Source of the DNA: an uncultured Clostridia bacterium
GTDB lineage: Bacteria > Bacillota > Clostridia > Christensenellales > CAG-917
Assembly (NCBI GenBank): GCA_947625225.1
Contig: CANQNQ010000005.1
Span: forward strand, 28,712 to 92,711
Direction of reading: 5' to 3'
DNA: 64,000 bases
In this document: in pieces, positions 35,562 through 44,001 of the stretch
Numbering within the stretch: the first letter of the stretch is position 1
Layout of the letters: every line of letters starts with the position of its first letter
Translations under genes and position numbers: made by a program
Notes under the pieces: generated by a model
Told to the model about the DNA's origin: nothing
Database searches by the model: none
The model's input: the letters and a program-made list of their open reading frames with translations, nothing else

Positions 35562-36353
35562 TCACTCCTCTAAAGTCCTGAACATAGCCACCGCCGTAGC
35601 TATAGCGACGTTCAAGGATTCAATATCGTTTTTCATAGGCAGCGACAGCGCTTTTTTTGTCGCCTGCCTTATCGAATTTCTGACCCCATGTGCCTCATTT
35701 CCTGCAACAAACAGGATGGGCTGAGATATCTTTGCCTTAAGCATATCGTCGCCGTCCATATCCAGCGTAGCCGAGTTTGCCGCGCTTACCAGCTCAATTG
35801 CCTGCGCCTCGTCCACCTCGAACAGCCTCACCCTGAACAGTCCGCCCAGCGTAGCCCTCACGGTCTTTGGCGCAAACACGTCCGCGCATTCAAGCATATA
35901 CACGTCCTCAAATCCGCACGCTGCGGCAGTCCTGAGGATCGTGCCCAGATTGCCCGGATCGCTTACCGCGTCAAGCAACAGCGCGTTGCCCTTTGGCGGC
36001 GCATATTCTCGCGCGGGGATGTCGGCGACCGCGGCGATCCCGTAAGGCGTCACCGTATCCGTCAAGCTGTCAAAGACCTTGTCCGCCACGCAAATGAGCT
36101 GAGCGCCGTCGTATCTTGCCGCAATTGTCTCCGCCTCGTCAAGGCGAGCCTCGGTGCAAAACACTTTGCGCACCGCCACGCTCAAAGGCATATCGCGCAA
36201 CAGATTGGCGCCCTCAACGATAAATCGTCCCGTAAGCCTGCGGAACTTTTTGGCGGATAGCGAGCGCGCTTCCTTTACTGCGCTGTTTTGCAATGACGTT
36301 ACGATTTCCACAAAAATGCAATATGGGGTTGGATATTTTGCTCCCAATATCAA
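35562..36353 (-). CDS. TrmH/SpoU family RNA 2'-O-methyltransferase (YsgA-like)
   Basis: SpoU motifs DPGNLGTILRTAAACG, FVAGNEAHGV and SLNVAIATAV. It lies downstream of rplT, as ysgA does in Bacillus. The TTG start at 36353 has GGGAG 8 nt upstream, but the start remains uncertain. Confidence 0.85.
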   Translation of the reverse strand: MILGAKYPTPYCIFVEIVTSLQNSAVKEARSLSAKKFRRLTGRFIVEGANLLRDMPLSVAVRKVFCTEARLDEAETIAARYDGAQLICVADKVFDSLTDTVTPYGIAAVADIPAREYAPPKGNALLLDAVSDPGNLGTILRTAAACGFEDVYMLECADVFAPKTVRATLGGLFRVRLFEVDEAQAIELVSAANSATLDMDGDDMLKAKISQPILFVAGNEAHGVRNSIRQATKKALSLPMKNDIESLNVAIATAVAMFRTLEE

Positions 36354-36368
36354 AAAACGTCTCCCGCG

Positions 36369-36396
36369 CTTTCCGCAGCGTCTCTACTGCGGAAAG
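36369..36396 (-). terminator. Hairpin (possible partial terminator) between rplT and trmH
   Basis: A perfect 10-bp stem pairs CTTTCCGCAG (36369-36378) with CTGCGGAAAG (36387-36396). The T-run comes only after a 13-nt gap, so readthrough is likely. Confidence 0.4.
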
Positions 36397-36410
36397 CACA
36401 AAAACGTTTT

Positions 36411-36764
36411 TCAGGCAAGCGCCTTCTTTGCCTCTTCGCACAGCTGAGCAAATGCGCTCGGATCGGCGATGGCTATTTCGCTGAGGCTCTTTCTGTTGAG
36501 GTCGATGCCCGCAACCTTAAGCCCATGGATAAGCTTGGAGTAGCTCAGACCGTTGATGCGTGCGGCGGCGTTGATACGCGCGATCCACAGCTGTCTGAAG
36601 TCACGCTTCTTCTGCTTCCTGCCAACGTAGGCATAGACGCCGCTCTTGAGCATCTGCTGCTTGGCCACACGGTACAGAGTGTGTTTTCCGCCGTAGTAGC
36701 CCTTGGCTTGCTTCATTATCTTTCTGCGTTTCTTTATAGCGTTGACCGCTCTCTTGATCCTCAT
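36411..36764 (-). CDS. rplT: 50S ribosomal protein L20
   Basis: [36 protein letters not shown].. with an AAGGAGG SD. Confidence 0.97.
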   Translation of the reverse strand: MRIKRAVNAIKKRRKIMKQAKGYYGGKHTLYRVAKQQMLKSGVYAYVGRKQKKRDFRQLWIARINAAARINGLSYSKLIHGLKVAGIDLNRKSLSEIAIADPSAFAQLCEEAKKALA

Positions 36765-36776
36765 AGTGGCACCTCC

Positions 36777-36974
36777 TTATTTGTAGGGCAGCAGTCTCTT
36801 GACTTCGGCTGCTCTTGTCTCATCGATATACTCGATGGAGCGAAGATCTCTCTTTCTCTTGCGGGTCTTCTTGGTGAGAAGGTGGCTGTGTGCGGAGTGG
36901 CCTCTCTTGTACAGACCGTTTGCTGTAACGCGGAAGCGCTTTTTGGCGCCGCTGTGTGTTTTCTGTTTTGGCAT
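36777..36974 (-). CDS. rpmI: 50S ribosomal protein L35
   Basis: [20 protein letters not shown].. with an AGGAGG SD. Confidence 0.97.
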   Translation of the reverse strand: MPKQKTHSGAKKRFRVTANGLYKRGHSAHSHLLTKKTRKRKRDLRSIEYIDETRAAEVKRLLPYK

Positions 36975-37012
36975 AGTAGCCTCCTATTGATAGTCCAAAC
37001 GGACAGATTTAC

Positions 37013-37543
37013 TTATTTTTTTGCGGTGGGAGCGAGGATGGCGTATATCATCCTGCCCTCTTGCGTGGGAGCTTTTTCGACGGTGACGCCAAAGCCCTCC
37101 GCGCATTGATTGACGATGGCGATGTAATCGTTGACGATCTTGACCGCCAGATCGGGATGCGCCTGCTGACGCCCCTTGAGCCTTATCGATGCCTTGACCT
37201 TGTTGCCTTTTTCGATAAACTTGGCTGTCTGCGCCGCAAGCCTCTGCGTGTCGCCTATGTCGATGACTGCCGACAACCTTATCTCCTTGATCTCGGTGAC
37301 GGTCTGGTTTTTTCTGTTTTCCTTATCGCGCTTCTGCTGGTCGTAACGGTATTTGCCGTAGTCCATCAGCTTGCACGTTGCGGGCGTGGTGCCGGGAGGG
37401 GTCACCTTGCAGATGTCCAATCCCTTGTCCTCCGCGATGGCGCGCGCCTCCTTTATGGAGATGACGCCGTATGCGTAACCGTCCTCGCCGATCAGGCGAA
37501 CTTCGCGATCCTTGATCTGATCATTGATTAAAAGCTCTTTCAA
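37013..37543 (-). CDS. infC: Translation initiation factor IF-3, TTG start codon
   Basis: (M)KELLINDQIKDREVRLIGEDG..CKLMDYGKYRY.. is typical IF-3. The only in-frame start with an SD is TTG 37543-37541, which has AAGGAG (37555-37550) 6 nt upstream. Confidence 0.95.
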   Translation of the reverse strand: MKELLINDQIKDREVRLIGEDGYAYGVISIKEARAIAEDKGLDICKVTPPGTTPATCKLMDYGKYRYDQQKRDKENRKNQTVTEIKEIRLSAVIDIGDTQRLAAQTAKFIEKGNKVKASIRLKGRQQAHPDLAVKIVNDYIAIVNQCAEGFGVTVEKAPTQEGRMIYAILAPTAKK

Positions 37544-37690
37544 ATGCTACTCCTTAAGCGGTTTTATGGGCACAAAAAATGCCGGGAGCAAACAAATGCT
37601 TTCCGACATCACAATATATGCCCATAGGGCGATATAGTCATGACAACCAAACAGCCTGCGCCGCTTTGGTGAAAGGAAATCCTTTGCTTG
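37544..37690 (-). promoter_or_regulatory. 5' leader of infC-rpmI-rplT with an attenuator-type terminator hairpin (candidate L20 leader)
   Basis: The leader runs about 150 nt between the promoter and infC. The minus-strand hairpin GUCGGAAAGCA-UUUGUU-UGCUCCCGGC (37607-37581) is followed by AUUUUUUG. A long-range pairing TATGGGCA/TGCCCATA flanks it. Its position matches the L20-responsive leader known in Firmicutes. Confidence 0.5.
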
Positions 37691-37697
37691 CGGACAT

Positions 37698-37726
37698 ATG
37701 TTAACAAATTGCACAAAATATGTCAA
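37698..37726 (-). promoter_or_regulatory. Putative promoter of the infC operon
   Basis: The minus strand reads TTGACA (37726-37721), a 17-nt spacer, then TAACAT (37703-37698). Confidence 0.6.
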
Positions 37727-38029
37727 CCGATTTTTGCATATTTTGCAAATTCCATTCAAATTATTGTTTTTGTACAAACATATATGCGCGTACGCCCGAA
37801 ATCAGACGGACGTCAACTGCGCGACATGCAAAAAATATTCCCGCGCTCCCCGCCCATCCTTCGTACAGATAGCGCGTAGCCGAATCAAAAACGCGCACGC
37901 ATCCGCATAATGCGCACCTGTATCGCAAAATTATCATTTATCGTTGCCGAGATGCAAAATGCGAGCATGCTTTCACCTACGCAAAAGATGTGTCTGAAGT
38001 ATATATCTATATATAAACAGATATAATAC

Positions 38030-38046
38030 TAGAATGTATCATTCTA
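38030..38046. promoter_or_regulatory. Perfect inverted repeat TAGAATG-TAT-CATTCTA upstream of the small XRE gene
   Basis: Read directly from the sequence. It lies 2 nt after a TATAAT hexamer (38022-38027) and 40 nt upstream of ATG 38086. Confidence 0.4.
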
Positions 38047-38085
38047 TCTCGTCCATTTAATATTCGGCTGTTTTAATATAGCCTC

Positions 38086-38286
38086 ATGAAAAATAAATTT
38101 GCCGAAAACATGAAGTTGTACCGCAAGGCGCAACATCTCACTCAAGCGGACGTCGCGCAAAGGTTGGGTACGACGCAGCGCGCAGTCTCCTATTGGGAGA
38201 CGGGAGTCAACCAACCCGACTACGACACGCTGCTGGCGATATCCGAGCTGTTTGACATCAGTACGGACGACTTGCTTGGCAGATAA
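38086..38286 (+). CDS. Small XRE-family (HTH_3, Cro/CI-type) transcriptional regulator, 66 aa
   Basis: The HTH reads LTQADVAQRLGTTQRAVSYWETG. There is no SD, and TAATAT (38074-38079) lies 6 nt upstream of the ATG. Flanking DNA is AT-rich. Confidence 0.85.
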   Translation: MKNKFAENMKLYRKAQHLTQADVAQRLGTTQRAVSYWETGVNQPDYDTLLAISELFDISTDDLLGR

Positions 38287-38389
38287 GCGGGCCGCAAATC
38301 GACGTCTTCCTCGCCAAGGCGGGGTATTGTCGTATACCTATGTAAGGGGCAAAAACAAGAAGTTTTACGTCTTAAAACCTCTGAGCAGT

Positions 38390-38428
38390 CAAAAGCGCGA
38401 CGCACAAATTGCGCGCCGCGCTTTTATT
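38390..38428. terminator. Bidirectional terminator between the XRE gene and thrS
   Basis: AAAAGCGCG (38391-38399) pairs with CGCGCTTTT (38417-38425). The interior is GC-rich. Confidence 0.65.
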
Positions 38429-38441
38429 GTTGCTTTTCAAA

Positions 38442-40379
38442 TCACTTTATTTCTTTGGTTGCCACTTCAAGCAAAGCTTTTGCGATAAACTCGTCCAGCT
38501 TCATTGTGCCAAGGTCGCCCTCGCTGCGATGGCGCACCGCCACGACGCCCTGTTCCGCCTCCTTGTCGCCGATGACGAGGATGTACGGGACCTTTTCTAT
38601 TTGCGCCTCTCTTATCTTTTTGCCCAGCTTCTCGCTGCGCACGTCGGCCTCCGCTCTGAGCCCCGCCATTTTGAGCTGATCTGCGACCTGTATTGCGTTT
38701 TCCAGCGTTCTGTCGGTGAGCGACAGCACCCTGACCTGCTCGGGAGCGAGCCACATCGGGAAGGCGCCGTTGTACTTTTCGATAAGCATGCCAAGCGTGC
38801 GCTCGTAGCAGCCGATGGAGCTGCGATGGATGATCAGCGGGCGCGCCTTTTCGCCGTTCTCGTCGATGTAGATCATATCGAAGCGAGTCGCCAGCGAGAA
38901 GTCTATCTGCACGGTGAACAGAGTGTCCTCCTTGCCGTGGACGTTTCTGCCCTGCACGTCGAGTTTGGGCCCGTAGAACGCCGCCTCGCCCCAGGCTTCC
39001 TCGTACTTGATGCCGAGGTCGTCGAGTATACCCTTCATAGTGGTCTCAACCTTGTCCCAATCCTCGGCGCTGCCCACGTACTTGTCCGCATTTTTGGGAT
39101 CCCAACGTGAGAAACGATACCAGATGTCCTTGTCAATGCCGAACACGCCGGTCAGATATTTGATGAGGTCCACGCAACCCGCAAACTCCTTTTCAAGCTG
39201 ATCGGGTGTGCAGACGATATGTCCGTCCGCCAGCGTGAACTGACGTATGCGCGTGAGGCCGTGCATCTCGCCGCTCGCCTCCTTACGGAACTCTATTGCG
39301 GTCTCCGCATAACGCACGGGCAGGTCTCTGTAGCTCTTAAGCCCGTTTTTGTAGATGGTGAATTGCAGCGGGCAGGTCATTGGGCGCAGGCAAAGTATCT
39401 CGTCGTCGACATCCTCGTCGCCGATGTAGAACATCTTGTCCTTATAGTGGTCCCAGTGCCCCGATGTGATAAACAGGTTGTTTTTGGTCATTATGGGCGT
39501 CTTTGTAAGCAGATAGCCCCTGCGCTGTTCCTCGTCCTCGACGAAGCGCTGCATTATCTGTATCACCCTTGCGCCCTTGGGCATGATGAGCGGCAGGCCC
39601 TGCCCTATATTTTCGTCCGTCATAAAGAAGCCGAGGTCCCTGCCTATCTTGTTATGGTCGCGCAATTTGGCTTCCTCCAGACGGGCGAGATACTCCTCCA
39701 TATCCGCCTTTTTCTCAAAGCAGGTGCCGTAAATGCGGGTGAGCATCTTGTTTTTCTCGTTGCCTCTCCAATACGCGCCCGTAAGCGAAGTCAGCTTGAA
39801 CGCCTTTATGCGCCCGGTGGACGTGAGGTGAGGTCCGCTGCACAGATCTATAAAATCGCCTTGCTTGTAAAAGGAGATCTCCTCTCCCTCGGGGATGTCG
39901 GCAAGCAGTTCGACCTTGTAGGTCTGCTTCATCTTTTGGATCAGCGCCTCCGCCTCCGCGCGGGAGAGCACCATGCGCGTGATGGGCAGATTTGCCTTGA
40001 TGATGCTTTTCATCTCGGTCTCGATCTTGTCGAAGTCTGCCTGCGTGATGGGCGTTTTGAAATCGAAATCGTAGTAAAATCCGTTGTCCACCGCGGGCCC
40101 GATAGCCAGCTGAACGGTGGGATAGATGTTTTTGACAGCTTGCGCAAGGATGTGCGCGCAGGTGTGACGATACACGCGCTTGCCCTCCTCGCTGTCAAAA
40201 GTGAAAACTTCGAAGTTGCAATCCCTGTCAATGACAGTGTCCATGGAGACGAGTTTCCCATCCACGCTGCATACAAGTGCCGCTCTGGCAAGTCCCTCGC
40301 TGATGTGCTTTGCCGCCTCGTAAGCGCTCATGGCGCCGTCCAGCGACAGTTTGCTGCCGTCCTTAAGTGTAAGTTCCAT
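38442..40379 (-). CDS. thrS: Threonine--tRNA ligase
   Basis: I moved the start to ATG 40379, which has GGAGGAAGT upstream. It has a TGS domain, the RHTCAHILAQAV editing-domain motif, a class II core and an anticodon-binding domain. Confidence 0.96.
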   Translation of the reverse strand: MELTLKDGSKLSLDGAMSAYEAAKHISEGLARAALVCSVDGKLVSMDTVIDRDCNFEVFTFDSEEGKRVYRHTCAHILAQAVKNIYPTVQLAIGPAVDNGFYYDFDFKTPITQADFDKIETEMKSIIKANLPITRMVLSRAEAEALIQKMKQTYKVELLADIPEGEEISFYKQGDFIDLCSGPHLTSTGRIKAFKLTSLTGAYWRGNEKNKMLTRIYGTCFEKKADMEEYLARLEEAKLRDHNKIGRDLGFFMTDENIGQGLPLIMPKGARVIQIMQRFVEDEEQRRGYLLTKTPIMTKNNLFITSGHWDHYKDKMFYIGDEDVDDEILCLRPMTCPLQFTIYKNGLKSYRDLPVRYAETAIEFRKEASGEMHGLTRIRQFTLADGHIVCTPDQLEKEFAGCVDLIKYLTGVFGIDKDIWYRFSRWDPKNADKYVGSAEDWDKVETTMKGILDDLGIKYEEAWGEAAFYGPKLDVQGRNVHGKEDTLFTVQIDFSLATRFDMIYIDENGEKARPLIIHRSSIGCYERTLGMLIEKYNGAFPMWLAPEQVRVLSLTDRTLENAIQVADQLKMAGLRAEADVRSEKLGKKIREAQIEKVPYILVIGDKEAEQGVVAVRHRSEGDLGTMKLDEFIAKALLEVATKEIK

Positions 40380-40423
40380 ACTTCCTCCGCGCAATCGACA
40401 TTACTAATGTTGTACGCAATATA

Positions 40424-40452
40424 ATATTTGCCGCGCGTCGCGCAGCAAATAT
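40424..40452. promoter_or_regulatory. 29-nt palindrome immediately downstream of the thrS -10 box
   Basis: ATATTTGCCGCGCGTCGCGCAGCAAATAT. It forms a 12-bp stem if one G-U pair is counted, and it abuts TATAAT. Confidence 0.5.
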
Positions 40453-40481
40453 ATTATAGTTATATGCATATTCAAAGTCAA
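40453..40481 (-). promoter_or_regulatory. Putative thrS promoter
   Basis: The minus strand reads TTGACT (40481-40476), a 17-nt spacer, then TATAAT (40458-40453). Confidence 0.6.
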
Positions 40482-40520
40482 CAGATTTATTTGCCAATTG
40501 CGCGGACTTGCGATATGCGT

Positions 40521-41228
40521 TTACAAAGCGCCAAGTCCAAGCGCCCGACAAATTTCCTCAAGGCTCTCGGTGGGGTGCAACGCCTCGTCAAATGAGAACG
40601 CCGCGCTGTCCTCCCCTCGCTTTTTGCCGTCCGCTCCGCCCTCCTTAGCCTGCTTTTTGGCGTCGGATATCTTCTTTTTAAGCTCGTTTACGGCGGGAGA
40701 TTCCTGCGGCAGGGGCTTCGACATCGGCGGCGCGGAGGTCAGCCTTTCCACTTCGCTTTTGAAGTACGCCTCCATCTCGCTGTCCTCGTCGCCCTTGCTC
40801 AGCGAAAAGTCCTGAGTCAGGTACCTTGTCAGCTCCAACTGAGCGGACACGGCGACGCTTTCCATATTGAGCGCGTCCTTGTCGAAGTGGTAGCGCTCCT
40901 TGAGCTGCTCATATGCTGCGCTCCATTTTGCGCGGAACAGCTTGAGCCTGTCAAGCTCCTCCTTATACCTCGTCCTTATATCCTCCGTCAGCCTGCGCGC
41001 GTTGTCGGTGGCGGCGATGAAGGCGGACTTGATCTGCTCCTCCTTCTCTTTCAGTTGCTCAACCTCGCGGGAGAGGCTGTCGCACTTGCTGTTGAGCGCC
41101 GAGATGCGCTCGCGCTGTTCAAGTTGCACGCTGTCGCTGCGGGACTGCTCCTCGGCGATAAACCTTTCCACCTCGTCTATATCGTAACCTCTGTACGCTC
41201 TGCCGAATCTTAGCGCTTTTTTTGCCAT
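40521..41228 (-). CDS. DivIVA-domain coiled-coil protein
   Basis: I moved the start to ATG 41228, which has GAGGTGG upstream. The N-terminus FGRAYRGYDIDEVERFI is the DivIVA signature, followed by a long coiled coil. Confidence 0.8.
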   Translation of the reverse strand: MAKKALRFGRAYRGYDIDEVERFIAEEQSRSDSVQLEQRERISALNSKCDSLSREVEQLKEKEEQIKSAFIAATDNARRLTEDIRTRYKEELDRLKLFRAKWSAAYEQLKERYHFDKDALNMESVAVSAQLELTRYLTQDFSLSKGDEDSEMEAYFKSEVERLTSAPPMSKPLPQESPAVNELKKKISDAKKQAKEGGADGKKRGEDSAAFSFDEALHPTESLEEICRALGLGAL

Positions 41229-41342
41229 ATCCACCTCGCTTGACCAATTGACTTTTTTTATTATTACAGACAAAATGCCAATATGAGGTGGGAATTTGTG
41301 CAAATAAACGTCGATTTGTGCCGAATAAGCGCGTTGCGCCCA

Positions 41343-41377
41343 TAAAAAAATCATACCTTGCGGTATGACCTTTTTTA
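41343..41377 (-). terminator. Intrinsic terminator after pncB
   Basis: TCATACC (41351-41357) pairs with GGTATGA (41362-41368), flanked by A7 and T6. Confidence 0.75.
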
Positions 41378-41390
41378 TTTGGGCGTTTTT

Positions 41391-42845
41391 TCAGCGCCCC
41401 TGCGATCTGTTGAGCAGGTCGCGCTTCAGATTCCACAGCTTTTCGGACAAGTCCACCTTGTACTCCTGCGTGTTTACTACGCGGCGATACTCCGGGAAGA
41501 ACTCCGCGATGGAGCTGTCCTCGTGCTCGGCGATCTGTTTGAGCGTGGGCAACTCGTACACAAGCTTGCCGTCTTTGAACACATCCACCATCAGCTCGCG
41601 CACGGTGTAGTTGTCAAACGTCATGCGCCTGTAGGTGTACTGCGGATGGAAGATGGTCAGCGGCTTGGTGACGTCTATCTGCTCGTCCTTGAGGCAGATG
41701 AGGTCCGCCTGCGCCATGCCGTCCTTATATATGCGCAAAATCTTTTTCTCGCCGGGATTGGTGGTCTTTTCGTGGCTGTTGGACACCTTTATTTTGGGCA
41801 CCAGTTCGCCGTCCTCCTCCAGCGCGCTCAGCTTGTACACGCCGCCAAGCGAGGCGTTGTTGTAGCTGGTTATCAGCTTTGTACCGATGCCGAACACGTC
41901 TATCTTGGCGTCCTGCGAATGCAGAGACAGCAATATATCCTCGTCGAGGTCGTTTGTGGCAAATATCAGGCAATCGTTGTGCCCCGCCGCGTCCAGCATG
42001 GCGCGCGCCTTGCGGCTGAGGTAGGCAAGGTCGCCGCTGTCCAGCCTTATACCGATGGGTTTGTGCCCCGCCGCCTTCAGTTTGTCAAACACCTTTATGG
42101 CGTTGGGGACGCCGCTCTTGAGCGTGTCATATGTGTCCACCAGCAGCAGGCAGTTGTCGGGATACAGCTCCGCATACTTTTCAAACGCCTCCAGCTCGCT
42201 GTCGAAGGACATCACCCAGCTGTGGGAATGCGTGCCCGTGACGGGTATGCCGAACAGCTTGCCCGCCACCACGTTGGAAGTCGTGCGACAGCCGCCTATA
42301 TACGCCGCCCTCGCGCCGTAAATGCCCGCGTCGGGACCCTGCGCCCTGCGCAAGCCGAACTCGCTTATTTTCTTTGACGTACACTCGTTGAGGCGCGCCG
42401 CCTTGGTTGCGATCAGCGTCTGATGATTGATGTAGGTCAACAGAGCCGTCTCCACCAGCTGCGCCTCTATAAGCGGAGCGGACACCGTCATTATGGGCTC
42501 GTACGGAAAGATCATCGTGCCCTCCGGCACCGCCTTGATGTCGCCCGTGAAGCGGAATGTACGCAGATATTCGAAAAACCTGTCGTCGAAGATACCAAGC
42601 GATTTGAGGTACGCAATGTCCGCCTCGTCAAAATGCAAGCTGCGGATATAGTCCACCGCCTGCTCCAATCCCGCGACTATCGCGTAGGAAAAGTTGCCGC
42701 CGCCCCTGTAAAACATGTCGAACACTGCGCGCTTGTCGCCCTTGCCGCACTTGAGGTATCCGTTCATCATGGTCAGCTGATAAAGGTCGGTCAGCAGGGA
42801 CAGATTGTTTGCGTCCGCCCTTTTGGTCTTATACTCGTTTTGCAT
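41391..42845 (-). CDS. pncB: Nicotinate phosphoribosyltransferase
   Basis: I moved the start to ATG 42845, which has GGGAGA upstream. [25 protein letters not shown] are typical of the NAPRTase family. Confidence 0.9.
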   Translation of the reverse strand: MQNEYKTKRADANNLSLLTDLYQLTMMNGYLKCGKGDKRAVFDMFYRGGGNFSYAIVAGLEQAVDYIRSLHFDEADIAYLKSLGIFDDRFFEYLRTFRFTGDIKAVPEGTMIFPYEPIMTVSAPLIEAQLVETALLTYINHQTLIATKAARLNECTSKKISEFGLRRAQGPDAGIYGARAAYIGGCRTTSNVVAGKLFGIPVTGTHSHSWVMSFDSELEAFEKYAELYPDNCLLLVDTYDTLKSGVPNAIKVFDKLKAAGHKPIGIRLDSGDLAYLSRKARAMLDAAGHNDCLIFATNDLDEDILLSLHSQDAKIDVFGIGTKLITSYNNASLGGVYKLSALEEDGELVPKIKVSNSHEKTTNPGEKKILRIYKDGMAQADLICLKDEQIDVTKPLTIFHPQYTYRRMTFDNYTVRELMVDVFKDGKLVYELPTLKQIAEHEDSSIAEFFPEYRRVVNTQEYKVDLSEKLWNLKRDLLNRSQGR

Positions 42846-42858
42846 ATCTATCTCCCTA

Positions 42859-43995
42859 TTACGCCTCGCGCGCATACGCGTAAGTCTTTGCAAAGTTGTT
42901 GAATCTGCGCCTGTATCCCTTGGGCACGTGGTAATAGTCCACGCATTCGAAGTCTATCTCCTCAGGGATATTCTTGCCGTACAACAGCTTTAGCGGATTG
43001 GTCAACGACACGTCCTTGCCGCCCACTTTCACCCGCTTTTTGGCGTAAATTTTTACTACGAATTTGTAGTTTTTCACATCGAACTCCGTCAGCGCCGCAC
43101 CGGCAAGCCTGCCATCGGAGTGCAACTTGCTTACTCTGTCATAGGACATGCGGCTTATACGATAGACGACGTACAGCGAGCCCAGCACCAGCGCCAGAGG
43201 CGCTACTATGGCGCACGCCACCTTTGTGACGGGCACAGCGTCCATGCGCAGATATTCCAGCCAAAGTCTGCCCGCAAAGTACCAGAAAAAGTAAAAGATT
43301 ATCATCAACCCCGGGAACTTCTTGTTTTTGCCCTTCATCCAGAACGAGAAGCACAGTGCCAGCCCTATAAAATTCCACACCATCTCGTAAAAGAACGTCG
43401 CGCAGAACCAACCGGGCACGTTGGCGTTGACCTCCGCCTGAAATTCGGGAGAAACGCCGCTGGGCTGAGTTATATATACGCCAAAGGGGAACTTCTGAAA
43501 GCGCGGATCCGTAATCGCCAGTCCAAACGCCTCCTGATTGACGAAGTTGCCCAATCTTCCTATTATCTGCCCTGTCAGCAGAGGCACTGTGACCAGATCC
43601 GCCACGCTGAGAAAGTTGGTCTGCTTGCGGTGGCGCAGCGTAAAGAATATGCCGCCCAGCACGCCGCCGACAAGTCCGCCGATTATGGTTATGCCGCCGT
43701 CCCAGATGGCGATGGTGTCCACAAAATCGTCAAAACTGTGCCACGGGAAGTACTCGTCTATGCGCCCCGGAAAAACATACAGTATGCGCGCAAATATGAC
43801 CGCCAGCGGAATTATCCACAAAAACAGCTCCACGCCGTCGTCCGCGGTCAGCCCTATCTTTTTTATCTGACTGCACACATACAGCAATCCGAAGATCATG
43901 GCGCACACGATTATTATGCCGTACCACCTGACCTCCAGCCCTCCTATGCTGAACGCGATACGCGGATCGGACGCCGCCAACATTTCAAAAGCCAT
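42859..43995 (-). CDS. lgt: Prolipoprotein diacylglyceryl transferase Lgt with a roughly 100-aa C-terminal extension
   Basis: YGIIIVCAM..GRLGNFVNQEAFG motifs within a multi-TM core. The product is 378 aa, against roughly 270-280 aa as I recall for typical Lgt. Confidence 0.9.
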   Translation of the reverse strand: MAFEMLAASDPRIAFSIGGLEVRWYGIIIVCAMIFGLLYVCSQIKKIGLTADDGVELFLWIIPLAVIFARILYVFPGRIDEYFPWHSFDDFVDTIAIWDGGITIIGGLVGGVLGGIFFTLRHRKQTNFLSVADLVTVPLLTGQIIGRLGNFVNQEAFGLAITDPRFQKFPFGVYITQPSGVSPEFQAEVNANVPGWFCATFFYEMVWNFIGLALCFSFWMKGKNKKFPGLMIIFYFFWYFAGRLWLEYLRMDAVPVTKVACAIVAPLALVLGSLYVVYRISRMSYDRVSKLHSDGRLAGAALTEFDVKNYKFVVKIYAKKRVKVGGKDVSLTNPLKLLYGKNIPEEIDFECVDYYHVPKGYRRRFNNFAKTYAYAREA

Positions 43996-44001
43996 ACTTT
44001 A

